Below, piece after piece: positions 49,701 to 62,732 of a stretch of DNA of 64,000 nucleotides. Made by a program: the position numbers and the translations under genes. The notes beneath the pieces were generated by a model. The model did not search any database and was not told where the DNA came from. It was given only the letters and a program-made list of their open reading frames with translations. How positions within the stretch are numbered: the first letter of the stretch is position 1; each line of letters begins with the position of its first letter. Location: positions 128,838,001 to 128,902,000 of the forward strand of contig NW_024704742.1 of assembly GCF_018977255.1 (NCBI RefSeq). The letters are read 5' to 3'. The DNA is from Callorhinchus milii. Taxonomy: Eukaryota.

Positions 49701-52700
49701 AATTGCTTTTGTTAGTATTTAAAATAAGGAACAGTTTTGAGCAATGATTAATATCACGGTTTATTCTTAGTTGCACTATTCAAGCAGACTTACACATAGA
49801 CAGTGTAACTTTGCGCGAGGAGGTTCTCAGAACTCAATGGTATTTTAGTTTCATTCATTAAGTGCAGCCAATCTTTCGATGTGCATCCATCATAGGACAT
49901 CTATCTGTCCACCCCCAATGGTTTAGTGGGTAAAGATAAATCCTGGTAAATTATTAGGCCATAATGAGTCAGAGGTTGCAGGTTCAAATCCCAGTGTGTG
50001 CTGAGTTAGTTATCTGAGCCAGGGCATCAGATGCAGTACTTGAATTGGCTTCAGCTTCCCAGGAACAGAAATGGGAAGAGTCAGAATTGCTGTTCTTGCA
50101 GATTGCTACCCCCTGCTGGTGAGTGCACGAGTGTGGACATCCAGTGACTGAGCGCAGGATCAGGCATGGTTGTAATAGCCACTGTGGTTGGAATAATACC
50201 CATTGTAAAAGCCGCATATATAAATAATCTATTAACCATGCAAACCAAAGCCTTAACAGGTAAGGGGTTCCTAGCTGGACAAGCAGCTGGAAGCTTGCAG
50301 GACAGTGCTTTCAGAGGCAAGCTATGTGGTTTTAGCTGCGTAAATTCAGGCAGTAGCCCACTCTAGGGTCCCCAAGCCCTGGCTCTTTGCCAACATGTGC
50401 TAAATACTCTCTGGAATTACGACAGCAGGGTTCGTCCCTGAGTGCATTCAGTCACAGGGAAATGTCGATGTGTAGATGACAAACATACGTGAACTCTCAG
50501 TCCAGTTTGGATATTCTTAAGAATTATAAGGGGTTTCAGCATGTGTCACGACACAGGGCTGGCCAAAAAATATATATAAGTAATATAGCCATGAAGGTAA
50601 GATGTCAGAGCTCAAGCTGTGCTTGTGGACCCAGGGGAAGGGAAAAGGAACCAGGCTCCTTCAGAAGAGAATAACAAAAAAATAGGGGAGTAAATTCGCT
50701 GATCTGTAAATTGGACCAAATCACCACAAAATGTTCTCGGTTTATCTTTGACCGGGCATGACCAGTGACTCAGCATGTGTACAATACCTCGGATTTGAGA
50801 AGGAAAGGTACATTGACTTGAATCATTCCTGAATGGGAGAAAATGTATGAGGCTTAAAGTGAAATTACATGATTTACACGTGGAAGCGTGGTCCTTGGGA
50901 AAGCCACAGCAAGATTCATCGGAAGGTGGCACTCCGCTGGCCCACAGACGTCTCACACTTGGCCTCACTTCAAAGCTTCCATTCATCCCATAGTAGTCAG
51001 CAATTACCTAGAATCACAAAGACACAGGAAACTCAAACGTGTTGTATAATTCAAACTCCTTCCTCCACCACTGCCTAAATCTAAATGCAGCATTTACAAA
51101 TGAAATCCATTTTCCCTCATTCTGCTTGCTCCACTTATTAGGGTAAAAAAATAGGATATTTAATATCAACTTCTCCCCCACCCAGCTTTAGCACAATAGT
51201 TGGGTCCAAAAGTATTGCCAGTGTTGTTTCTGATCCCATAGAGCAACATTTCAGTGCTGCTTCATGAGGTACCAACCTAATTAAATACAACATCATTTAA
51301 TTTACTTTTAGAGTGAGCACAGAATCGGTTGTCATAGCCACTATGATTGAATAATAATCTTTGTAAAAGCTGCATATATAAACAAACCGGTTAACCCTTT
51401 TGATCCATTCAATCTCATCCTTCCCAAATGCCCACCTACCCTCCTCCTATTGCAGCAACAAGCTTTAAACAAATGAGAACATTAATTGTCACCTGAAATT
51501 GCAATGTTTGATAACAGATTTGATGAGACAAATCTGTTGTGGCATCTCATTTTTTAACCCACTCGTTATTTGGAATTCACTTTAAAATCCACAAATTTAC
51601 AGAGCCCCGAACAACTACAAGAATGTTTGTTCCAGTGCAAGGATCGTCCAAATTGCAAAATACTGTTGGCAGACTTTACCGTGAAATATTTTTTAAAAAA
51701 CACAGTATATTTAGGACAACAAAAAACATTTATTTGTCAGTTTCTCTTCTGTGATAACAGTGTTCTCCCCTTTTCGGTCTTGCTCTCTTAAAGCAGCGAT
51801 ATCTATATCTATTTAGATATCTATCACTCTTTTGAGGCTAGTCATTCTCTGGTGCTTCAACCAAGTAGTTGAAGGAGTGTGTTACAACTGAGCGCAATCT
51901 CCTTCCTCATAGCATCCATTACCAATGCGTTTTCTAGCGAGCCTCAATAGGTGGTGATCAGCTTGTTTTCCTCCCTAGCCCAAGGAAAATTACCCCTGGG
52001 ACTGCTGAATAGCAATAATAATAATCATTACATTTGACACAGCACCTTTCAAGTCTGTAGACTTGTCAAAGCATTCCACAGGATTTACTGTAAAGTGTAG
52101 CAGTCCCTTATTTGACAGCCTGAATCAGTTGGAGGGACTCTTGCCTGAGTTAGAAGGTTGTGGTTTCCATCCACTTTAGGACTTTGAACTTGCATTGTCT
52201 AAATTAACACGACAATACACTGCTGGGAGTGTGCTACATTGTTGGGGGTGGAGTCCTTTTAATGAGACATAAGAACATAAGAATTAAGAGCAGGAGTAGG
52301 CCATTCAGCCTCGCCATTCGATAGGATCATGGCTGATCTATTCTAACTCCACTTGCCCGCCTTATCCCCATATCCCATAATCCCTTTATCCACAAGAAAT
52401 CTATCAATCTCAGTCTTGAATATATGTTCAAGGACTGAGCATCTACAGCCCTTTGGGGTAGAGAATTCCATAAATTCACAACCCTCTGAGTGTAGAAGTT
52501 TTTCCTCAACTCAGTGCGAAAGGGCTCACCCCTAGTTTTAAGACTGTGACCCCGGTTATAGTTTCTCCAACCAGGGAAAACGGCCTCCCACTATCTATTC
52601 TGTCATGCCCCTTAATAATCTTATAGGTTTCCATAAAACCACCTCTCATTCTACTATATTTTAGAGAATATAGGCCTAAATTGCTCAACCTATCCTCATA

Positions 52701-55700
52701 ACTCATCCACCTCATCCCTGGTACCAACCTAGTGAACCTACGTTGTACCCCCTCCAAGGCGAGTACATCCTTTCTTAAATAAGGAGACCAAAACTGCACA
52801 CAATACTCTATGTGCGGCCTCACCAGGGCCCTATACAGTTGCGGCAATACTACTTCCCTACTCTTATATTCTAAACCTTTTGTAACAAATGCCAACATAC
52901 CGTTAGCCTTCCTAATTGCTTGTTGTACCTACAAACTAACTTTTTGTGATGGGTGTACAAGGACACCCGAGTCCTTCTGAACGCTAACACTATCTAGTTT
53001 CTCCCCTTCTAAAAAATAATCTGCTCTACTGTTTTTGCCACCTAGGTGGATGACCTCACACTTCCCTACATTATACTTCATCTGCCACCTATTTGCCCAC
53101 TCACCTAGCCTATCTATATCTTGTTGCATTTTTTTAATGTCATCCTCGGTGTTTACTCTTCCTCCTAGTTTAGTGTCATCCGCGAATTTGGATACATTAA
53201 GTTCGATGTCCTCATCTAGATCGTTGATGTAGATTGTAAATAGTTGAGGCCCAAGCACTGATCCTTGTGGCACTCCACTAGTCACATCCCGCCAATCTGA
53301 GAAGGACCCCTTTATCCCTACTCTTTGTTTTCTTCCAGTTAGCCATTCTTCAATCCATGCTAATATATTCCCCTTAATTCCATGGGTCCTAATCTTGTGT
53401 ATCAGCCTTTTATGCGGCACCTTACCGAATGCCTTTTGGAAATCTAAATACACTACATCCACTGATTCCCCCCTATCTAATCTATTTGATATGTCCTGAA
53501 AAAAATCTAAAAGATTTGTTATAATAAGGAATTTCTAACTGGATTGCTTAATGAGGACTCTGATCACACAAATAGGGATTCTTTCCAGTAACTAGAAGTA
53601 CATCATGACTGTTGCCATATCCCAGAGTTCTATTATTGTGATAATACGGGAGTCTAAAACTTGGCCTATCCAACTGGATTAATAAAGAATCCCATTAGAA
53701 ATCCAGACAACCCAAGGGAGTTCCACTCACGAAAATAAATCCCTCAGGCCTGATAACATTATAAAGTATTTATGAACCTCAACTCCCCAGTTAAATTAGC
53801 ATCTTGCATTTTCCTCTGTGTTCTTCATCTTTGAATAACTGCTACCTGTTATTCCGAAATTTATCTTCAGTGATATGATAGAAACTTATATGACCGGATA
53901 GAATCTGCATATCTGATGACTGCATATTGCGTTTGCAAAGGGACAATAAATCATTTGTCTTGGGTTTAACACACGTCATTAGTATTGTTCACCCAAACTT
54001 CCTGATGAGATCTCTGAACTTCGATGTTGGAACCCAAACATTTTCCAATGCTAACATTTCTCAATCATCTCAACTTTCTTGATCTCTCCTCTGCCTTTGA
54101 TACTGTGGACCACTCTATTCTTCTCCACCGGCTCTCCTCTCAGCTTCACCTTCATGGCTCTGTCCTTGCCTGGTTCCGTTCTTACCTTTCACATTGTTTC
54201 CACCAATGGCTTCTCCTTCTAGCCCTCACATCATTAAATGTAGTGTTCCGCAGGTCTTGCTCCACCTTACATCTGTGACTTAACAACCCGGCCACCCCTT
54301 CCATTGTGCAGGCATTGATTAGCTCCATGTCCCCCGCCCTGCCTGCTCTACTATCGGCAGTCGTGCAATCAGCCTTTCAGTCCCTGACCCTCTGGAACTC
54401 CATCCGCCTTGCCCCCTCCATTGCCTCCTTCAAGGCCCATCTCAAGACCTTCCTGCAATCATCTGCCCTCCTCCACCCCTCTCTGATCCCAAACTCTCAT
54501 TTTCTACCACGGTAGGAAATCCTTCCGATGTGAAAGGCTCTATATAAATTAATTTGTTGTTGTTGTACTAACTTTCACCAATGGTTTCTTTAGAATTATT
54601 GATCAGATATTAATCGGATCCAAAATTGAAACAAGACGAAGAAAAATTATACTTCTTAGGCACGTCAAGAATACCAAATGGTTAAAATAAACCAGGAAAT
54701 GCTGGAAACGCGCAAGTATAGAAACAATACAAACATTTTCTGCAACAGAAGAGGCCCATTGTCTGTTCCACTATGACCTCTTTTTTTCTAAATTTCCCAC
54801 ATTTTTCATAAATCCCATTTTCTATCTCTTTCCCCATATCTCTTAAGGTTTTTTCTACTGTTCAGATACAGTAATTTCCCTTTAGAACTACTCTATTGAT
54901 CCAGTCTCAATGATTACTTTTGGTAATGAATTCCAAACCCTCTGTTGGTAGAAATCCTTATGAAGAGTAATATCCAAAATATTGTCATCTTTCTTTCTCT
55001 TTCAGTGCAGAGATTAACTCATTGCGTATTTCCAACATTCACAGTTTTCCTATTTTGGTATGTACAAAGGCAGTTATCTATTATTGCCAGCTAGTCCTCA
55101 CGTGTCAAATGTACTGCAATAGAGAAGGAGTAGTTTCATTTACCTCATGTGTGCCTGCTTCAGGATCTGTCATTCCTATCACAGAGTAATCCCCGTATCT
55201 GTCTCCGTTGGCATCGATGGACACCTGGCCCGCTATGCCTGATAAACGGAATGCATGGAATTGATGAAGTCAATTAGCTAAAAGATCCATTGCTTCCAAA
55301 GAAAACAAGAGATGATTCAATAGATTCATAAAGAATTGTGTCACAGGAAATCCCATGCATCTCCCAACATTTTTGTTGGCTTTCCCAAAGAAATGGTCCT
55401 TTTTTCTAATGTCTGTGCTCATTCCTGATATCACATTTTTGGTACTTTAGTCCATGGAATACTAAATAACTCTGGTTATTAGAATGCATGACATTTTTAA
55501 CAGTGCTGTAATTAACATTGAAGCCACTGAAACTATTTTGCTATTGATTTTTTTAGGCATAAGGATTCTGAATCTAAGCCAATGCAAACACAGATTTCTC
55601 TGAAATGTGTTTGGACAGACAGAGAAAATTCCACCATACTCCCTCCAGCATAATGTAATGTGTTTCTCAAACGGGGCATGAACTGCGTTCCTCCCAATGT

Positions 55701-57933
55701 TGATTTGCTGAAGAGTTCACCAAAAATTGGAAAGGATTGCACAATAATTTGCTTACTAACAGCCGGCCAAAATATCACTTGGATGATATTACTTATGAGC
55801 GGAAATACCTAAATCCCAAAATTCCACAACCGTGTTATATAATGCCATATTAGCTCCACCAAATGACATCTTACCTCATCTGCATGAAGAGCAAAACCCT
55901 TAGTCAGACATAGTTTGCACATTCTGTCTTGATATTTGACCACTTGCAATATCTAATTGTGTTTGTTCTATGGCAGCCAGACTGAAACAGATGTGTTAAT
56001 CTGCTCACAGTTTATGATTCAATTTTTTGGAATACTTCTGGTCTATTATAGTAAGTATTGCTGTTTACAATGATAATGGGAGAAAAGGGGAAACTGAGAT
56101 GAGAAATATATGATCAATATTTCTCTAATGATCCAATTATTTATATCCAACTTAATAAGCCAATTTAATCACTGTTTCTTAATTAATCTTACCTTCATTT
56201 ATCTTATCCTTTTATCTTATTTTTGCTTTGACTATTTTCAACTTTGGTGGCGTTCTTTAAGTCTTCGCATTACACCAATGATTATGTATTTATCAGGTCA
56301 AACATATTCTCTTTCTAAATTCTTGCTACAGTTTTCGCTGATTCCATTGCCTTGCAGTGCCAATCAATTTCAGTGCTAGCCAATGTGAACATGATAGTTT
56401 AAACATAATACCACAAGTAGGTGGCATGCTTATGTGGAACTCTCAGACTAGGATGGATACACTTAATGATCATGATGGGTTTTGGCAACTGTCAAACACC
56501 TAATTGACCAAATAAAATCATGGAATAAATTGACCCATTGCTCTTTGCAGCTCTATTCCTCAGCATCTGTAACATTGTGAGTTCTTGTTTTTTCATGCTC
56601 CATGAACAAGTGAGATATCAGATACTCAGTCACAATGAACATGGCTCTGTGTAAACTGAGGAATCTTGAAGAATGTGGCAAAAACTAACCAAATTTGTTG
56701 CATTCTTAAATCTGTTTAAACTTAGTGTAGAAAATACTGAGGAGAGAAATAAATTAAACAAGTCAGTCTCAAAATCCAGTTAACTAACAATGTTAAGTTT
56801 AGAAGACGTGATAAGGCGTCTAGAAGACATGATAAGATGCTATATGAAGTGCAAGGATTATTATTATTAGTAGTAAAGTCAGATTTCAGCTCTCCATCTT
56901 CTAAGATTTAGCAACTTTTGAAACCCAGACAATGTCTTATCCAAAGACTATTCTATTTATGAGCTGAGTCATATACTCGACAGCTGAATAATAATAAAAA
57001 TAATAAATAATTCTTGCATTTGATATAGCACCTTATCATTTCAAAATGTCTAAGAGCACTTCACAGAATTTGATTGTAGTGACTGTGGAGGGTGGGAACC
57101 TATGATCATAAGAACGGTCAAAGAGGAAGATTTTCGAGTGTGATTTGAAAAATATGACAAAAATTAACCAAATTATTTAGGTAAGGGAAAGAAAAATCCT
57201 AATATCGTCAGACTTTGTCAACGTTCAGGATTGAGACTTGGCTATTTTGCAAATCTCAGAAATCAATATGTACAAACCAGAAGCTGCAGGTAGTACATCA
57301 AATGCCGATTCGTGAACAGTGTGAATTAGACCCAAATCAGGGTATTCCCTGTGGTCTGTAAGGTTCTCAATGGTTTGCACTTTGTTAAACCAAGGTCTTC
57401 CCTGCCTGTTCACATGAACGTTAGAGACCCAGCGCACTATATGAAAAGAGAAAGTTGTTTCTCCCTGTCTCTTGCCCGACAATCCCCAGATAAAATTGGT
57501 CATCTAATTCATGGTTGTTTGTGAGACATTGCTGTGTATAAATTGGCTTCTGCGTTCACCTACAAAATACGCATTCACTGAACTTTAGAGTAAATCTTGT
57601 GAAGCATTTTGAGACATCTTCCCAATGTAAAATGCCCTATATATTAAATGTAAGGATTAATAATAATTTAACAAGATCAGTAAATGTATCAACCGGTGGA
57701 GAATAACTCTGAATATTTAGAATGTGCTACATATGAAGGAAGCATAGAGTACCATGATTTGACTGGAATTAGTTATGATGTCTGTATACTTCGTTACCTT
57801 CAAAGGTTGTGTTCCACATCTGATGGACAATTCTTTCTCCATCAGTTTTGCTGTAGCCCTGATTGAGAACTTCCTGAAGCGCCTTTGTATAAAGCAGAAC
57901 GGCATCGTGGAAGCCTTCCACAAACATGTTCAC
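43635..57933 (-). CDS. NPR3: NPR3 / NPR-C natriuretic peptide clearance receptor, 3' part: join of 5 exons 57933-57798, 55238-55144, 51007-50869, 49610-49526, 43746-43635; 5' exons outside window
   Basis: Manual splicing gives [188 protein letters not shown]. This matches the recalled mammalian NPR-C C-terminus ([57 protein letters not shown]). All introns are GT-AG and phases are compatible. Short tail, no cyclase domain. Confidence 0.95.
47670..48000 (-). mobile_element. tRNA-derived SINE, older subfamily, in the last NPR3 intron
   Basis: Tail, internal segment and head homologous to 8058-8421. Confidence 0.8.
49526..49610 (-). CDS. NPR3: NPR3 coding exon (equivalent to exon 7), 85 bp, transmembrane helix
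   Basis: ttctctccag|GTGGGATT...TTCAG|gtagga; encodes (C)[27 protein letters not shown](R). Confidence 0.95.
49915..50240 (+). mobile_element. Old tRNA-headed SINE of a different, unassigned family
   Basis: A-box-like tggtttagtgg and B box ggttcaaatccc at 49981; partial relatives at 38615-38670 and 51311-51396. Confidence 0.55.
50869..51007 (-). CDS. NPR3: NPR3 coding exon (equivalent to exon 6), 139 bp, juxtamembrane ectodomain
   Basis: gattctag|GTAATTGCTGAC...AAATCAT|gtaatt; encodes [46 protein letters not shown]; the start matches recalled VIGDYFGKEGRFEMRPNV and the end matches CKS; phases fit both neighbours. Confidence 0.92.
52268..53520 (-). mobile_element. 5'-truncated CR1 LINE (RT and C-terminus) in an NPR3 intron, sense to the gene
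   Basis: [19 protein letters not shown]...[21 protein letters not shown]...[27 protein letters not shown]; (TTCTTATG)n tail at 52268-52285. Confidence 0.95.
54070..54567 (+). mobile_element. Decayed, internally deleted L2 fragment
   Basis: [19 protein letters not shown]...[14 protein letters not shown] motif joined to an L2 3' end with (TTG)n. Confidence 0.8.
55144..55238 (-). CDS. NPR3: NPR3 coding exon (equivalent to exon 5), 95 bp
   Basis: tttatcag|GCATAGCGGGC...CATGAG|gtaaat; encodes (G)[31 protein letters not shown]. Confidence 0.95.
57798..57933 (-). CDS. NPR3: NPR3 coding exon (equivalent to mammalian exon 4), 136 bp
   Basis: tttgcag|GTGAACATG...TTTGAAG|gtaacg; encodes [45 protein letters not shown](G). 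Confidence 0.95.
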
Positions 57934-59643
57934 CTGCAAAACAGATAATCAGACTATCAGCAATAGCAGAACAAATCATAATAATAATAATGAGCAATAA
58001 AACTGTTCACATTATTACACAAACTATATATTTGTAACCTTTTGAACACAATGCAATACAATTTAAATTACATGACACCTTTCATGTCGGGAGAATGTTT
58101 TAAATACAAAGCAAGTTTCACAAATTGAACACGAACAAGGTTTCTAGAAATGTTATCCTAGTCTAGATTTATTTGACGTTGTTAGCATTTCAGAGTGTTC
58201 AGAATTTGGCAAATAATAACAAACAACAACTTGCATTTATATAACGCTCCTCACACAGGGTAACGTCTCGGAGCGCTTGAAATGCTAATAATCCTGGAGC
58301 CAATCCTACTTCCTCCGTTTCCCTCTCAAATGCATCTATATTATTTGATTCAACCACCACTAAGAATGCGAATGCCACCCTCTCATTTGCTTTGTACATG
58401 AACTAGTACCTCCTAACTTCTCTTTTAGATCTCTTAATCACTACCTTATACTTGTGGCCCCTGGTTACAAACTCCCCAACAAGTGGCAACAGGCTATTTA
58501 TGCTAACCTATTACAGGGTAAAAATAATCTTTGATTTGATTTAGTGTCTTAGCACATCATTGAGATGACTCAAAAACCTTCACTGGATATACTGTAAAGT
58601 GTATTTATTGACTGTGTATTTTGTGGGCAAAATACCCGAATGTAATATACAGAATTCGCCCACAAAATATATAGTCGATTTACTTTACAGTATATTCTGT
58701 GAAACGCTTTGAGACATCTCAAAGGTGTGGTAAAGCGCTGTGTCAAATGCAAGGATTATTTTTATAGAAGGATTGCAGATACTTTGAACAACCATTTGCG
58801 TGCAATAGAAATAGCGCCTTTCACATTGGGAGAAAGACCCAAAGCACGTCACAGGATTTACTGTAAAATGTAGTGATTATGTATTTTGTAGGTGAACACG
58901 GCAGGCAATTTCTGCACTACGATGTCTATAAACAGCTGTGAAGTGAGTGACCAATTTCATTTGGCCAGAAACTCCCCTCACTTTTTGAGTATGGATGATA
59001 GTGAAGTCTCATCCTAAGAATAGCATCTCCAACAATGCTGTACTTCTCCAGCATTGCAATAGAGTCCAGCCTAGACTATGAGTTCCTCTTCGACATGCTT
59101 ATAGTCATCTTCTTTCTCCCTCCGACTTAAGAGTTGTGCTCCACCACTGTCAAGTGCTACCCTGCATGGGGGCACTATATAAATTCAAGCTATACTTATG
59201 AGTTCAAAGCCCCAATGTGAGGCTTGAACCCAGAACCTTCTGATGTAGAGGCGAGACTGATACCAACAGAGACAAGTTGTCACACTATAAAGGGAAAATT
59301 TTCAGTTTTCCTATTTAACACCAGCAAAAATGATTACACACCAGGTGGCAACACATCTCTCTGAGCAAGTAACTCCTTTCTTTTTGGCTTCTAGAGGCAG
59401 CCATTTTGTTTAGTCCTAAGTGGGCACATTTTATTTTGTAAATTTTAGACCTTTCATTTTTTTGGGTAAGGTATATATTTTTCAGCATCAGTCCAGCATC
59501 AAGACCGGGAAAGTAAGATTTTTTCAAAAAAATAAGAGACCAATGTTGGGTCTAAAAAATATTTTAAAAAATTTCCCACCTTATATTTAAAAAAAGGCAG
59601 ACACGAGGAATTGAGAAGGAAGCAACCATTTACCTGGAGGGGT

Positions 59644-59663
59644 GTGCTGCCATCTGGTGGGCA
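59644..59663 (-). promoter_or_regulatory. Candidate CTCF site in an NPR3 intron
   Basis: Minus strand TGCCCACCAGATGGCAGCAC closely fits the CTCF core CCACCAG(A/G)(T/G)GGC(A/G). Confidence 0.45.
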
Positions 59664-60344
59664 ATAGTTTAATCCAGCATTAAATAAGGAACACTGCAAT
59701 CCTCTTCCCTTAATCTGGTGGTGACCAACCTGTGGGCACTGGGCCGGAAGTGGCCCACAGGGCCAACAAGATGCAACCTCTCCCCCCCACAAACATTCAC
59801 ACAAGTCTAGGTAAGTTCCTGTTCGATTGGTAGTGTGTATTCATTTCTTTCTTGATTAAATATTTACGGCATAAATCAAGAAATCTTCAATCAAGAAAAT
59901 GTATATTGTTGGCCGACCATAAAGGTTGGTCACGACTGTCTTAATCCAAGCTCGACCCTCAGAAGGCTCATAACAATTAGCTCATTGTTTGTGGAACACT
60001 GCTGGTGTAATTTGGCTGCCTACATAACATCATTCACTACAATACGAAGTAACTCTTTTTGATAAGTGTTTGAGGTGTTTTATAGAATTATATAGAATGG
60101 AAGGGCAACAATACACCCATTTGGCCCAACTGGTCTATGCTAGTTGTATATACCCCACATGAGTATTAACTCCCGTTCCCCTCTCCTACATCCTTTTTCC
60201 TTTCTTTCTCACAAAAATGCATCAAATTTCCTCTTAAATGCGTTAATGCTTTTGCTTCAGCCATAGCTTTTGACAGTGTTCCACATTCTTACCATGCTCT
60301 GCATTGAGATGTTCCTCCTAACTTTCCTTGAGGCAAACAATTTA

Positions 60345-60648
60345 TACTCAGCAATTTCCATCAAACAGCCATGAAATGACTTTTATCTGAGGGACCATTG
60401 ATCATGATATCAGGAGAATCTCCCTCCTCTTTTCAAACAGCACCATGGGGTCTTTCAACATACATCTGAACAGGCAGGTGGGATCTCAGTTTGACATTTA
60501 GCCAAAGGCACCTCTAAGAATGCAGTGCTCCCCAGCACTGCAATGGAGTGTCAGCCTACATTATATGAGTTCAAAATACCAATGTAGCGCTTGAACTCAC
60601 AATCTTCTGACTCAGAGGCAAGAAGACTACCCACTGAGCTTGGCTGAC
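60345..60648 (-). mobile_element. Old Deu-domain SINE
   Basis: Reverse-complement homology to 6090-6430. Confidence 0.7.
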
Positions 60649-62404
60649 CCCTAAGTTACTCCTAAATGCCCTTTAACAAGCAGCTGTAAACAATCTGAAC
60701 ACTGGGTTCTGAAATGCCAGGAACAAAACCAAACTCAACATCACCACTGGATAAATAGCCAACAAATTCTCAGCCTTCACTTCCGAGTGAAAAAGATTAG
60801 GGTGTGAGGGCAGCCTCATCGTTCCCCCATGAGGAAGCCTACAAGATAAAGTGAGTATCCTAAGATTATATCATTCAGCCTCGACCTCACCAATTTCTGA
60901 TTGCAGTTTTATGGGAAGCATTCAAAGTCAATCTGCCTTTGATCTGTTGCTACAAGAGGAAGTCTGTTTAACTGCGCAGCAGCCATCAGTTTAATGAACT
61001 CTGTCCTTGCTGTTTTTGGACCCGGCTCAAGCCTGATGTTGTAAAATCAACGGACAATAAAATCATCCATCTCCTCTGTAGATGTCCACTGTAAGTCACC
61101 ATTTGTTGTGGTACACGCAACATAAGGGGGAGTGTAAGTTAAAAGAAATTCCTCTGTTCTTTTAAAAGCAGCAGGTCTCCTGACCCCATCGTACAGATTT
61201 TCAGCACGCTGCTCTTTTTTTACACAACAGATACCAGATATGTAACATTAGCACAGAACATGTTGAAAAGACCAAGCATTTGACAGAAGGAAATGAAACA
61301 TTTCAGCTTCACTGTGTCCTGGTCTTGAACCCTAAATCGTCTTCAGGAGAAGGGTTTTCAGTAAAAAATAAGAAAAGAGGCCACAAATAAGCTGTCGAGA
61401 TCAGTGTGACAATCAAGAGGACGAAGGGGCCTCATAATTTGCTGTGCGCAACTGGCTGCTGTTTCACCAACAAAATGTACAGTCAATTCACCTTACAGTA
61501 TATTCTGTGAAACACTTAACGACATAAGGTGCTTTAGCAAATGCAAGGATTGTCATTATTATGAACTCTATGCCCATTGATGAGCAACTTAATGTTAATC
61601 CTGAACCTAACGACTATTTTATTGCCAGTCAGCTCACAGTGATAGTTTTATAATGGGATTTCAACAACAACTTGCACTGGGAAATATGCCTTTCATGGTA
61701 GTTAAATGTCGAAACGCGATTTCGTCATTATCAACCAGTGGCATTGCACCCAATCTGGTTGTTATTTTGGAGAACAGGCGCTGTATCAGATGCAAGATTT
61801 ATTATTTGGTGATTAACAAATGGTGCTGCAGACTTTTCAGTGCTCATAAGGATGCAAGCTGCTAGAAGCGAACATGTAAATGACGGAGGGGGGAAGGGAA
61901 TGGGGTGAGAGAGGGTGGCTCAGGGTTATTTTCAGAGCTGCAGCCTCCTGCCTAAGAAGAGAATCTTCTTTTCCTGCACGACAGCCAATGAGTTTGTGCT
62001 TTTCTTCCTTCAGAAGCTTCTGCATTGTTTAGCCAAAGTAAAAACGTCAGTAAAATTAAATGAAGATTTTACACACAATGTCTAACCTTTTGCAGTAATC
62101 ACAGCCCCAACTAATGTACTCATATTGAGTGTTTGGTGGTACAACTCCTTTGCATTGCCTCATGAGAATGAACAGTTCATGTTCGATCGGAAGTGTGTTT
62201 CCTGGTTTTTCTTGATTTAATATTTCTTGATTTATGTCATAAATCACTGCTTTATAGAATAGGCACTCTATCAAAGGTAAGGAATATTATTTAGTGAACA
62301 ACAACTGCTTACATTTACACATTTATGCTTCATGTTTCATAGCACTTACAGGTCTAGTTTGGACACTGAGCAAGGGAGAGAGAAGGGGAGAAGGAAGTGG
62401 GCAA

Positions 62405-62732
62405 AATAATAATAATAATCCTTGCATTTGAAATAGCGCTTTTCACGTCTTCTAGACATCCCAAAGCGCTTCACAGAAAGGCTGTAAAGTGAATTGACTG
62501 TATACTTTGTGGGCGAACGTGGCAGCCAATTGCGCACAGCAATGTCACACAAACAGTCGTGGATTGAAAATGACCAACTTTTTTTATTATTGTTTTGTTT
62601 TTTTTGGAGGGATTATTATTAGGCTCTGTGTGGAGTAAGGAAACTTGCCCAAGGTTTCGCCCTGACTGGAATTGAACTCAGGTCTCTCACTTGCAAAGCG
62701 AGTGCTCTAACCACTGAGCTGTAAGACTCCAC
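62405..62732 (-). mobile_element. Young tRNA(Ala)-like-head SINE inserted in an L2 fragment
   Basis: Near-copy of 19063-19383; purine-rich L2-like sequence on both sides. Confidence 0.92.

Noticed and set aside
50146..51396. Direct repeats (50146-50237 and 51311-51396) flanking NPR3 exon 6
   Set aside because: Short, diverged fragments of one old SINE family; best explained as independent copies.
52929..53462. 177-aa RT ORF as an active or domesticated gene
   Set aside because: Part of a 5'-truncated CR1 with stops and frameshifts on both sides.
19111..62552. Recurring ORFs MGKFPYSTRLIIIPPK... and [15 protein letters not shown]...
   Set aside because: Translations of the same SINE family, not a protein family.
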